Source: Eledone cirrhosa (lineage: Eukaryota). From it: 64,000 bases of DNA. Below are positions 17,590-30,119 of this stretch, one piece after another (within the stretch, counting starts at the first letter, position 1; each line of letters opens with the position of its first letter). A program made the translations under genes and the position numbers. The stretch is taken from positions 124,001 to 188,000 of the forward strand of contig CAXHJY010000860.1 of NCBI GenBank assembly GCA_964016885.1, in the 5' to 3' direction. Under the pieces are notes generated by a model that was given only the letters and a program-made list of their open reading frames with translations, did no database searches and was not told the DNA's origin.

Positions 17590-17936
17590 TGTTGAAGATT
17601 ACTGAAGATTTTTTATAAAAACCCTTGAAAATGCTATTTTCATCATTTCTAAAAATAGCAAAACAATTGATGCTTTGGATAGGGTCCAATAGAAGTCATT
17701 AGACATGCTGAACCAACCGACGCCTAAACCAATCAGCTTTTGTAATCTAGTGAAACCACACACCGATTGGTCGAAATACAGTTTGCAAAACTTAGCATTC
17801 TGTAGCCCCTTTTTACTGTATATAAGGCAGTTTTTAGCCATACTATTTCATTATAATATAATTTTAAAGGATTGTAAATAAAACGAGTAAATCAAACAAA
17901 GTTGGAATTCGTTTTATTAATATAATCTTCTATACA
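17590..17936 (+). other. Possible solo LTR or promoter-like island
   Basis: TG...CA ends with imperfect inverted termini, CCAAT boxes (17729, 17766), TATATAAG (17818), AATAAA (17877). No TSD seen. Confidence 0.3.
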
Positions 17937-17956
17937 CAATCATACACACCCGTGTG

Positions 17957-18011
<55 letters not shown>

Positions 18012-18106
18012 TTATATATATACATATATATATATATGTATTTATATATATACATATATATATATATATATGTATTTATATATATACATATATATATATA
18101 TATATG

Positions 18107-18165
<59 letters not shown>

Positions 18166-18204
18166 ATATACAGATATACATATATACATATATATATAAA
18201 TGTT

Positions 18205-18380
18205 TATAACTGATTCAGAGCACTCGACAAGTTTTCTGGAGTATAATATTCAATGATATTAAATAAATGGAAATTATATTTATAAAACCATATTTATTGT
18301 ATTATATATATTTCAAGGGTACCAACACTTTGGTACGCTAACATAGGATAAAATACAAAGTTTGTTTTATAAATTTTGAC
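18205..18380 (-). mobile_element. Penelope-type terminal fragment (half hammerhead plus tail)
   Basis: Minus strand GTACCAA agtg TTGGTAC cctt GAAA TATATAT A ATAC AATAAA; tail TGTCGAGTGC at ~18220. Confidence 0.5.
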
Positions 18381-18541
18381 ATAACCAAGAAAAGATACCT
18401 TAACGGTATTGTGAAGCAAAAGAGAAGAAAAGTCAGATATTTCAAATTATTAAAATGAGTATGCAAATGAGGTTGAGGTATAGGGCTGAAAATATTACAT
18501 ACAAATAGTGTAACAAAATAAAAAAATAATCTAACATAATA

Positions 18542-18728
18542 TTTGTTTCTACTTTTGGCACAAGGCCAGCAATTACCCAGTACATTACTGGTACTTTATT
18601 TTATCGACCCCGTAAGGATGAAAGGCAAAGTTAACCTCGGCGGGATTTGAACTCAGAACGTAAAGGGACGTAACTATGCTGCAAAGCATGGCGTCCTACC
18701 CTCTACCGATACTGCCAATCCACCACCT
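18542..18728 (-). mobile_element. tRNA-derived SINE, full length with 15-bp target site duplication
   Basis: TAATCTAACATAATA at 18527-18541 and 18729-18743. Confidence 0.93.
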
Positions 18729-19172
18729 TAATCTAACATAATAATAATAAAATAAAACGAACAATAATATGGACAAATATACAAGTAACTATGATACAAC
18801 GAATATTATAAGCATGTTATGACGAACTGAAAAAAAATAGTTATTATAAAATTTAAAAATCATATATGAAGTAGCATTATAACTTACCAAAACGAGAACA
18901 ATATTTTGATGATAAACGACGAAATACAGGAGGAAGATTCGAAAGCGAAACGATAAATAAACGTGCAAACGAAATGGCGGATGCTTTTGAGGAACAATTA
19001 CTCTCGTTGGTTGATTAGCCAATAAGACGATACATTACAAAACATGTTTGGCAGCGATCATCACCACGGCCAGCGACACCCCTTGAATTTTTTATTCACA
19101 AGCTACACATATATGTCAGACACGCAGACTTAAAACATTCTGTTGTTAGTCACTGCGTGTCTAACAGATATA

Positions 19173-19252
<80 letters not shown>

Positions 19253-19394
19253 CGTATATATGCATATATATGTATTTATATATATATATATATAGTGTGT
19301 GTGCAGATATATATATAGAGAGAAAGGCAGACAGAGAAAGAAACAGGTTTATGTGTGTATGTATGTATGTATGTATATATGCATGTATGTATGT

Positions 19395-19955
19395 TCTTCT
19401 GGTTTTATAATTTCACAAATGTTTACCAATAGAGAGAGAGAGTCGGTTTCTAACATAGACACAAGACTCTCTCATTGGAATTTACACAACATCAACTAGG
19501 TAGATATGTATGTATGTCTGCATGTGTAGATATGCATGTTATTGTATGTGTGGATGTGTATGTTTTGAGTTGTATGTGTGCATGTGTATATGCTTTGCAT
19601 CTGTATATGTGTATATGCAGTTATTAGATGCACAATTTTTGGAATGTTTTACATATTTTTACTGTTCCATTAATGGATTGTACTTGTAATTTCCTAACTA
19701 GTTGTGTTCGTTCTGTTCCTGTAAAGCCCAACTTCTCAAGATTTGTATTGAGGCAGTTACTAACATATCCCAGTGCCCCTATAATCACAGGCATAAATCT
19801 GAAGGTGTAATCAGGGTGGAGTATCTGCAGATTTCTCATCAGTTCTGCATAAATATTCTCCTTTTCACTAATCTTTGATATTATATTGGCATCTGCTGGG
19901 CAGCTAATTTCCACTACTGTGCATGTTTTCTTCTCCCTGTCCCATATCATAATAT
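19395..19955 (-). mobile_element. R4/Dong-type non-LTR retrotransposon 3' fragment (RLE C-terminus plus 3' UTR)
   Basis: ORF 19624..19950: WDREKKTCTVVEISCP...KENIYAEL...PVIIGALG; flanked by (TATG)n. Confidence 0.85.
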
Positions 19956-19984
19956 CTATGTATGTATATATGCATGTATGTATG

Positions 19985-20220
19985 TTCTTCTGGTTTTATA
20001 ATTTCACAAATTTTTACCAATAGAGAGAGAGTCGGTTTCTAACATAGACACACGACTCTCTCATTGGAATTTATACAACATCAACTAGGTAGATATGTAT
20101 GTATGCATGCATGTGTAGATATGGATGTTATTGTATGTGTGGATGTGTATGTTTTGAGTTGTATGTGTGCATGTGTATATGTTTCGTATCTGTACATGTG
20201 TATATGCAGTTATTAGATGT
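19985..20220 (-). mobile_element. Second copy of the same R4/Dong-type 3' UTR
   Basis: Near-identical to 19395-19630; flanked by (TATG)n. Confidence 0.85.
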
Positions 20221-20334
20221 ATGTATGTATGTATGTATGTATGTATGTATGTATGTATGTATGTATGTATGTATGTATGTATGTATGTATGTATGTATGT
20301 ATGTATATATGTTTATATGTATATACATGTTTAT

Positions 20335-21032
20335 GTTATCTCTTTCTCTTAATCTCGAGTATATTTTTTTGACCGGCCACCTTCCTGGTGGCAAGGTATT
20401 AAAAGAAAAGAAATTGTCATCCCTTGAATCGCAAGAATGTTTTGCAAATTTTGAAGGTGCCAGCTATCGCAGCCATTTGTAGTCTATAAATTAGGGAGCT
20501 GCGCTCTTTGTCCGCAAATCCAATTTCAGTCATATCTTGGTCCAAGCGGGTTGCTATATAACCCGTAGGTCCAATAATGATGGGTATGAAGCTAAAGGTG
20601 TATCTTGGATACTGGATTTGTAAACTCCTCATCAATGATCCGTAGATGTCCTCCTTCTCCTGTATTTTTCTGATAACGTTTACATCAAGTGGGCAGCTGA
20701 TCTCCACAACAGAACAGGTTTTCAATGTGTGGTCCCAAACAACAATATCAGGCCGGTTGTGCTTTAATTTGGTGGCAGTTTTTATTTTCAGTTTCCACCT
20801 TAGTGCCATCTGTCTAAATATATTCTTCCTGGTTTGTTGTTAATTTAGTTTTCCGAAGTGCGTTCCAGATGGTTCTAGCTATCCCATCGTGTCTCATGGC
20901 GAGGTAGTAGCGAGATGACATTCTTTCGCAACTGGCAACAATGTGGCTTACATCCTCGATCTTTGTTTTACATTTGATGGCCCTCCCCTTTTGTGCAGCA
21001 GATATTTGGTAGGGAGTGCTTGTTCCTGTATT
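20335..21032 (-). mobile_element. R4/Dong-type 3' fragment, different subfamily (partial CCHC knuckle plus RLE)
   Basis: IQEQALPTKYL, CKTKIEDVSHIVASC..RYYLAMRHD, KHNRPDIVVWD..CSVVEISCP..KEDIY..PIIIG; between (TATG)n tracts. Confidence 0.9.
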
Positions 21033-21126
21033 GTATGTATGTATGTATGTATGTATGTATGTATGTATGTATGTATGTATGTATGTATGTATGTATGTAT
21101 GTATGTATGTATGTTTATATGTATGT

Positions 21127-21735
21127 CAGGACACCAGTTGGTGCTACTGGTAACATGTATTCCAGTACAACCTGTCCCATGGTCGGGTCGTTGGCGACTA
21201 AACTCGAAACCCCACCAAGGTTTCTTGGTGAGGAGGGTGACTTTGGACATCCTGCAGGACTAAAAACAAAACCTGTCAAAGGGCAAAGGAGCTCTTAAGA
21301 GTCAATGGCCATCCAAAATCACCAGGAGAGATGACCCCTTAGCCTTTGTCAAGGCAGAATTCTAGGAGAAGGAAAACTCTGATATAACACCTGCAACCCT
21401 GATGGTATCCAATGATGTTGACTTGTTCTTCTTTTTGGTAAATATCATCTTGGTTAAGAAAGTGGGACTGGCTTTGTGCAGTGCCTTTGCTCACTATAAA
21501 AGCTTCACGGCACAGGCATTGCTTTATATCTGGAGATCTCTCTGCAGTTGTCGTCACATGGTACCATGGGCCCAGCACTATGTGTCAATAATTGTCACAA
21601 GTGTAGTGTTTGTACCAGAGTTTTCAAGTCGCTGGCTGGACTAAAAAGTCACACTCGTTCAGCGCATCGGTATGGGTTCTCCTACATGGATATAAAGTAG
21701 TGGCCGTACTCGAAAACGAGTTGGCAGCCACCATG
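21127..21735 (+). mobile_element. Unclassified ~600-bp non-coding interspersed element in (TATG)n
   Basis: Homologous to 28373-28705 (minus) both internally and at the 3' end; no long ORF. Confidence 0.6.
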
Positions 21736-21779
21736 TTTATATGTACGTATGTATATACATGTATATATGTATGTATGTA

Positions 21780-21895
21780 TAACTGGGTTTTCCACCTAAA
21801 TTGACTAAAGCTATTAGGAATACAGTGTCGTGCTCCCAGCTGGGAATCGAACTCACAACATTCCGAGCCTGAGTCGAACTACCGTGCCCCTCGTC
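21780..21895 (-). mobile_element. SINE fragment (second family)
   Basis: Minus strand B-box GAGTTCGATTCCC. Confidence 0.5.
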
Positions 21896-21943
21896 ATAAT
21901 TAAACATCACACACACACACATACATACAATTACACAAATATA

Positions 21944-22066
21944 ATTGTTTCTACTTTTGGCCCAAGACCAGCAATCACCCCAATGTATGACTGGTACTTT
22001 ATTTTATCGACCCCGTAAGGATGAAAGGCAAAGTTAACCTCGGCGGGATTTGAACTCAGATCGTAA
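21944..22066 (-). mobile_element. tRNA-derived SINE, 5'-truncated
   Basis: Same body as the other copies, ending just past the B-box. Confidence 0.88.
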
Positions 22067-22139
22067 ACACATACAGAAATATAATGAAACATAGTCACAC
22101 AATTTACACACACAGTAAAAACGCATGCACATACATATA

Positions 22140-22516
22140 CATACATAGAGACACACACACACACACAGACACTCACACACAGGGATTTATTTTCATACAA
22201 ACACACACACAGACACACAGAAAAGCACATGTAAACACACACACACACACACACATACACACACATATAGGGATATACCTACATACACATACACACACAC
22301 ACTCTTTCTTACACACCTACACACACACACTCTCTTAAACACACACACACTCTTTCTTACAGACACACACACATACATACACACACATTCTCTTTTTTAC
22401 AAACACACATACACCCACACACTCTTTCTTACACACACACACACCTACACAGACACTCACACACAGGGATTTATTTTCATACAAACACACACACACACAC
22501 AGAGAAAAGCACATGT

Positions 22517-22561
<45 letters not shown>

Positions 22562-24246
22562 GGGATATACCTACATACAAATACACACACACATACACAC
22601 ACACATACACACACACTCTCTTTCTTACACACACACACACTCTTTCTTACACACACACACTCTTTCTTACACACACACCCATACATACACACACATTCTG
22701 TTTCTTATACACACATACACACACACACACACACCCACACTCCTTTTCTTAGACACACACACACACTCCCTTTCTTACACACACACTCTTTCTTAGACAC
22801 ACACACACACACACTATCTCTTACACACACACACGGGCACACATACACATACACTCTCTTTCTTATACACACACACACACCTACACACACTATTTCTTAC
22901 ACACACACACACACGCACACATACACACTCTTTCTTACACACACACACACGCACACATACACACACACTCTCTTACACACACATACACAGACTCTTTCTT
23001 ACACACACACACGCACATACACACAAACTCTCTTTCTTACACACACCCCCACACATACTCTCTTACACACACAGATACACACACGTACACACACACACTC
23101 TTTCTTACACACACACGCACACTCATACACATACATACACACACACTCTCTTTCTTACACACACACCCACTTTCTTACACTCACACACACACACGCACAC
23201 ATACACACACACTCTTTCTTACTCACACACACAAACACACACACTCATACACACATACACACACTTTCTTTCTTACACACACACACACACGCACACATAC
23301 ACACACACTCTCTTTCTTACACGCATACACACACACTCATACACACACTCTTTTTTACACACACACACACACACACCTACACACTCTTTCTTACTCACAC
23401 ACACACACACACACTCATACACACACATACACACACTTTCTTTCTTACACACACACGCACACATACACACATACACACACACTCTCTTTCTTACACGCAT
23501 ACACACACACTCATACACACACACTCTTTTTACACACACACACACACACACATACACACACTCTTTCTGACACACACACACACATACACTCTCTTTCTTA
23601 CACACATACACACACACACATACACACACTCTCTTTCTTACACACACACACACACACATATACACACTCTTTCTTACACACGCACTCTTACACACACAAA
23701 TACGCGCACACATACACACACACTCGCTTCCTTACACACACACACACACACGCATACATACACTCTTTCTTACACATACACACAGTCTTTCATACACACA
23801 CACTCTTTCTTACACACACGCACACACACACAGGCACACATACACACACTCTCTTCCTTACATACACACACATACATACACACACACTCTCTTTCTTACA
23901 CACACGCACACATACACACACACACTCTTTTACACACACACACACACACATATACACACTCTTTCTTACACACACACACACGCGCGCGCACACATACACA
24001 CACTCTCTTCCTTACACACACACACACGCATACATACACTCTTTCTTACACATACACACACACTCTTTCATACACACACTCTTTCTTACACACACGCACA
24101 CACACACGCACACATACACACTCTCTTCCTTACATACACACACACACACACACACACATACACACTCTTTCTTACACACACGCATACATACACACACCAC
24201 TCTCTTTCTTACACACACACACGCACACACACACACACACACTCTT

Positions 24247-24280
<34 letters not shown>
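22140..24280. repeat. (CA)n-based minisatellite with CTCTTTCTT interruptions
   Basis: Direct reading. Confidence 0.92.
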
Positions 24281-24281
<1 letters not shown>

Positions 24282-24434
24282 GCCCCACCCACACAGCCAC
24301 ACCTCCACCACCACCCCGTCATCAGATAAAGGGGTCGATAGCTTAGATTAATGGGATCAGGGCATCCCCCCCACACTTACACACACCCCAGACACACGCC
24401 CCCTCCCCCACACCATCTCGCCATTACGAAACAG

Positions 24435-24643
24435 GTGGTGGTGCAGCTTCTGATGGTGATGGTGGTGGTGGTGTTGGCGGCGAGGTGTTAGTGGTGCTGT
24501 TGTTGTTGTTGTTAGTAGTTATGGTGGTGGCGGTGGCGGTGGTGGTTGTGGTGATAGTGATTTAGATATGGTGGTGGTGGTGGTGGTGGTGGTGGTTGTG
24601 GTGGTGGTGGTGGTGGTGGTGGTGGTGCTGTAGTTATGGTGGT

Positions 24644-24674
<31 letters not shown>

Positions 24675-26712
24675 TAGTTATGGTGGTGGTGGTGGTGGTG
24701 GTGGTGCTGTAGTTATGGTGGTGGTAGTGGTGGTGGTGGTGGTAGTGCTGTAGTTATGGTGGTGGTAGTGGTGGTGGTGGTGGTAGTGCTGTAGTTATGG
24801 TGGTAGTGGTGGTGGTGGTAGTACAGTAGTTATGGTGGTGGTAGTGGTGGTGGTGGTGGTAGTGCTGTTGTTATGGTGATAGTGGTGGTGGTGGTAGTAC
24901 AGTAGTTATGGTGGTGGTAGTGGTGGTGGTGGTGGTAGTGCTGTAGTTATGGTGGTAGTGGTGGTGGTGGTGGTGGTGGTGGTGGTGGTAGTGCTGTAGT
25001 TATGGTGGTAGTGGTGGTGGTGGTGGTGGTATAGGTGATAGTGCTGTAGTTGTGGTGGTGGTGGTGGTGGTGGTGGTTGTGGTGGTAGTGCTGTAGTTAT
25101 GGTGGTGGTAGTGGTGGTGGTGGTGGTGGTGGTAGTGCTGTAGTTATGGTGGTGGTAGTGGTGGTGGTGGTGGTGGTGGTAGTGCTGTAGTTATGGTGGT
25201 GGTAGTGGTGGTGGTGGTGGTGGTGGTAGTGCTGTAGTTATGGTGGTGGTAGTGGTGGTGGTGGTGGTGGTGGTAGTGCTGTAGTTATGGTGGTGGTAGT
25301 GGTGGTGGTGGTGGTGGTGGTAGTGCTGTAGTTATGGTGGTGGTAGTGGTGGTGGTGGTGGTGGTGGTAGTGCTGTAGTTATGGTGGTGGTAGTGGTGGT
25401 GGTGGTGGTGGTGGTGCTGTAGTTATGGTGGTGGTAGTGGTGGTGGTGGTGGTGGTGGTAGTGCTGTAGTTATGGTAGTGATGGTGGTGGTGGTGGTGCT
25501 GTAGTTATGGTGGTGGTAGTGGTGGTGGTGGTGGTGGTGGTAGTGCTGTAGTTATGGTAGTGATGGTGGTGGTGGTGGTGCTGTAGTTATGGTGGTGGTA
25601 GTGGTGGTGGTCGTGGTAGTGCTGTAGTTATGGTGGTGATGGTGGTGGTCGTGGTAGTGCTGTAGTTATGGTAGTGGTGGTGGTGGTGGTGATGGTGCTA
25701 GTGCTGTAGTTATAGTGGTAGTGGTGGTGGTGGTGGTGGTGATAGTGATTTAGATATGGTGGTGGTGGTGGTGGTGGTGGTATAGGTGATAGTGCTGTAG
25801 TTATGGTGGTAGTGGTGGTGGTGGTGGTGGTGGTGCTGTAGTTATGGTGATGGTAGTGGTGGTGGTGGTGGTAGTGCTGTAGTTATGGTGATGGTGGTGG
25901 TGCTGTAGTTATGGTGGTGGTAGTGCTGTAGTTATGGTGGTGGTAGTGGTGGTGGTGGTGGTAGTGCTGTAGTTATGGTGGTGATGGTGGTGGTGGTGCT
26001 GTAGTTATGGTGGTGGTGGTGGTGCTGTAGTTATGGTGGTGGTAGTGGTGGTGGTGGTGGTAGTGCTGTAGTTATGGTGGTGATGGTGGTGGTGGTGCTG
26101 TAGTTATGGTGGTGGTGGTGGTGGTGTAGTTATGGTGGTGGTAGTGGTGGTGGTGGTGGTAGTGCTGTAGTTATGGTGGTGATGGTGGTGGTGGTGCTGT
26201 AGTTATGGTGGTGGTGGTGGTGCTGTAGTTATGGTGGTGGTAGTGGTGGTGGTGGTGGTAGTGCTGTAGTTATGGTGGTGATGGTGGTGGTGGTGCTGTA
26301 GTTATGGTGGTGGTGGTGGTGCTGTAGTTATGGTGGTGGTAGTGGTGGTGGTGGTGGTAGTGCTGTAGTTATGGTGGTGATGGTGGTGGTGGTGCTGTAG
26401 TTATGGTGGTGGTGGTGGTGCTGTAGTTATGGTGGTGGTAGTGGTGGTGGTGGTGGTAGTGCTGTAGTTATGGTGGTGATGGTGGTGGTGGTGCTGTAGT
26501 TATGGTGGTGGTGGTGGTGCTGTAGTTATGGTGGTGGTAGTGGTGGTGGTGGTGGTAGTGCTGTAGTTATGGTGGTGATGGTGGTGGTGGTGGTGGTGGT
26601 AGTGCTGTAGTTATGGTGGTGATGGTGGTGGTGGTGGTGGTGGTAGTGCTGTAGTTATGGTGGTGATGGTGGTGGTGGTGGTGGTGGTGCTGTAGTTATG
26701 GCGGTGGTCGTG
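24435..26712. repeat. (GGT)n-based minisatellite with recurrent GTGCTGTAGTTATG module
   Basis: Direct reading; regular higher-order periodicity at ~25930-26570. Confidence 0.95.
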
Positions 26713-27053
26713 GCGTGAAGAAGGGGCGGGGGGCTAGCGAAGGCGGCGGTGACTGGATGAGGTGCTTTATCACGTGACCTATAAACTTAGTAAATTAAAC
26801 AACCCTATTTTCTCACTCTCCCCTTCCCTCAACTAAATTTCAATGAGGAATGAAATGGATGATAGGGGGTGGGGGGGGGAGGGGGCACTCGCGTGAAGGG
26901 AGGAAAAGGGACAAACGGACCCTTTTCATCACCCCCCCATCCGTTCCCAGTGCGGTCATTCAACCTCCCCCTCCCCCAACCTGCCCTATTCTCAAGGGGT
27001 CTGTAACATCATCAACGGGGGCAATCAGTGACATGGTGGTACTGGGGTGTGTG

Positions 27054-27102
<49 letters not shown>

Positions 27103-27162
27103 TTCCGTATATATACACATATATATATATGAATATATATACATAGACACATACACACACAC

Positions 27163-27195
<33 letters not shown>

Positions 27196-27262
27196 TAGAT
27201 ACATTTATATATGTACACATACAATTATATGTATGTGTATATACATATATATGAATATATAT

Positions 27263-27294
<32 letters not shown>

Positions 27295-27474
27295 CTATGT
27301 ATATATCTATTTATATATCTATATGTCTATATATATATTAACATGTGAATATATGTATATATACATACATACACACACACATATATATATACACATATAT
27401 ATATACCTACATACACACACATAAACATATATATATATATACATATATATATACACACATACACACACACACAT

Positions 27475-27513
<39 letters not shown>

Positions 27514-27538
27514 CACACACAGACATATATATATATAT

Positions 27539-27603
<65 letters not shown>

Positions 27604-27894
27604 CACACACACGCATATATATATATATATATACATATATACACAAACGTGTGTCTGAGATAAAGAGATAGTGACAAAGTCATCTAGACGTGCAACAAAC
27701 GAGAATCAATTCAATTTACTTCGCTTGATAAAAACTTTATCTCCTCTCTAAACTGGAGAGCGGTTCCGGTAGGCGGCAGAGAATAATCGACACACACACA
27801 CACACACATACAAACACACACACACACACAGATATATATACAGATAAATATATATACATACATATATATATATGCGTGTGTGTATAATTATATA

Positions 27895-28059
27895 ACGAAT
27901 GAATTGTGATAAGGAACCAGATGGACCATAACGCACCAGAGTACTCAATACTTAGGGTAGTAGAGTGGGTAATAGGAACAAGTATGACCCCCGACGGCAG
28001 AGCTCAAGCCGTTTCGACGGCTAATTCTTGAGCTCTGCCGTCGGGGTCATACTTGTTCC

Positions 28060-28061
<2 letters not shown>
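27895..28061 (-). mobile_element. Family B, copy 4
   Basis: Same architecture as 6106-6273; the forward arm again ends ...TTCCTA(TA)n. Confidence 0.85.
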
Positions 28062-28091
<30 letters not shown>

Positions 28092-28372
28092 AAGTATTAA
28101 AAAAAATAATGAATAAAACAATGAAACAGTTCCTTATATTAAACAAAAAAGTTCATTATTTAACGATCGTTTCTAGGACATATATGTTTCTAGGACAACC
28201 TATTTTCAACCTATTTTCAACATATATATTTCTAGGACAACCTATTTTCACGGAGATTTATCTACATAATTTGCTCCTATTTTCACGGAGATTTATCTAC
28301 ATATATATGTATATATATATTGTATACATACATACATACATACATACACACATATACTATATACATATATAT

Positions 28373-28705
28373 GATGGCTGCTCCCTCGTTATCGAGTATG
28401 GCCATTGCACGATATACCATTATTAACAATTATTAATTAATTCTATCGTGCAATGCCTGTGTGTGAAGATATATTTTAAAGTGAGGAAAGACTGTGCACT
28501 GAGCCAATCCCACTCTCTGAGAGACAGTAGCTATAACCTGGAAAGAAGAAAAGATCAACATCATCGGTAACTACTGAGCCGCAGGTTTTATGTCAGAGTT
28601 ATCCCAGTTTCCTGAGTTACCTTCTCCTAGAAGAATGTCCTGACAAGGGCTAGGGGTCCTTCACTCCCAGTGGTTTAACCGCGCGATTATTTCTATGTCC
28701 CCGCA
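28373..28705 (-). mobile_element. Diverged relative of the 21127-21735 element
   Basis: Shared TTCTAGGAGAAGG, AACTCTGA, GATGTTGA..TTCTTCTTT, AGTGGGA.TGGCT, CACAGGCATTGC and terminal GGCCRTACTCGA.AACGAG...GCAGCCA.CAT. Confidence 0.6.
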
Positions 28706-28956
28706 CATATACATACATATGTTCATGTGTATATATACATATTTACTCACTTTTGGATGGCTGTTGACTCTTATGAGTTCTTCCGCCCTTATATATATAT
28801 ATATACACACATACTATATTATATATATATATATATATAGTATACATACAAATACATATACTATATATATATAGTATACATACATATACATACATATATA
28901 TATACCATATATATATATATATATATATAGATTATACATACATATACACACATATA

Positions 28957-29006
<50 letters not shown>

Positions 29007-29173
29007 TATACATACATATACACACATATATACATAATACACATACATATGCATACATATATACACATAGTATACATACATATAAATACATATATATACA
29101 TAGTATACATACATATGCATTCATATATATATATACTATATATATACTATATATATAGTATACAAACATATAT

Positions 29174-29240
<67 letters not shown>

Positions 29241-29253
29241 CGTTATTCCGGGT

Positions 29254-29308
29254 TGAGATTCCTGATGATTTCTAAAGAATGAAACAGTTCTAGTCCTGTA
29301 GAATCTCA
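29254..29308 (+). ncRNA. Type I hammerhead ribozyme, intact core (family C mini-element 29241-29322)
   Basis: TGAGATTC-CTGATGA-T TTC taaa GAA T-GAA-ACAG ttctagtc CTGT-A-GAATCTCA; preceded by the inverted element end CGTTATTCCGGGTTGA (reverse complement of 5065-5080). Confidence 0.88.
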
Positions 29309-29320
29309 TCTATATTAAAA

Positions 29321-29363
<43 letters not shown>

Positions 29364-29676
29364 TGGTATTTCACACAGTTTACTATTAGCAAATTTCCCT
29401 CTCACTGAAGGATAAACTGAAGTATCCATCAACGGGGTTGAAATCTAACTGTTTTTATTTCTTTAAATGTTCCTTTTTAATATTTTTCTACTACTTTTAT
29501 AGACGGAATTTAGAGACCGAAACACTTGAACCCATCAAGGAAGTCATCTAGCTAATAGATAGTGTGCAAGTGTGCAGTATAAAGATATAAGCTGAACAAT
29601 CCTCTTCGAGTAGCATTGGATTGACTGCAAGTAACTTTAAAACGTGGTTTTGTCACATAAGTAACCTAAGTTAATG

Positions 29677-30067
29677 ATTGTTTCTACTTTAGGCACAAGG
29701 CTAGCAATTACCCAGTGCATTACTTTACTGGCACTTTATTTTATCGACCCCGTAAGGATGAAAGGCAAAGTTAACCTCGGCGGGATTTGAACTCAGAATG
29801 GCAAGGGCCGTAACTCTATGCGTCAAAGTATGGCTTCCGACCCTCTACCGATACTGCCAATCCACCGCAACATAAGTTAATAATTGTTTCTACTTTAGCC
29901 ACAAGGCCAGCAATTACCCAGTGCATTACTGGTACTTTATTTTATCGACCCCGTAAGGATCAAAGGCAAAGTCAACCTCGGCGGGATTTGAACTCAGATC
30001 GTAAAGGGAGGTAACTATTCTGGAAAGCATGGCGTCCGACCCTCTTCCGATACTGCCAATCCACCGC
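29677..30067 (-). mobile_element. Two tandem full-length tRNA-derived SINEs
   Basis: Copies at 29677-29867 and 29881-30067; AAC[C/A]TAAGTTAAT occurs before, between and after them. Confidence 0.92.
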
Positions 30068-30119
30068 AACATAAGTTAATAATAAAACATGTACAGGCGT
30101 TGCTATGTTGGATCAAATC

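Noticed and set aside
21160-21215. HDV-like ribozyme at the 5' end of the 21127 element
   Set aside because: P3- and P4-like hairpins are visible, but no room or partner for P1/P2 could be found by eye.
26740-27045. Promoter (TCACGTGAC, TATAAA) or exon
   Set aside because: Only short single motifs, with no supporting ORF or splice structure.
29360-29600. Further hammerhead (CTGAAGG.., CCGAAACACTTG..CAAGTGT)
   Set aside because: The core is incomplete and the cleavage position would be G; not supportable.
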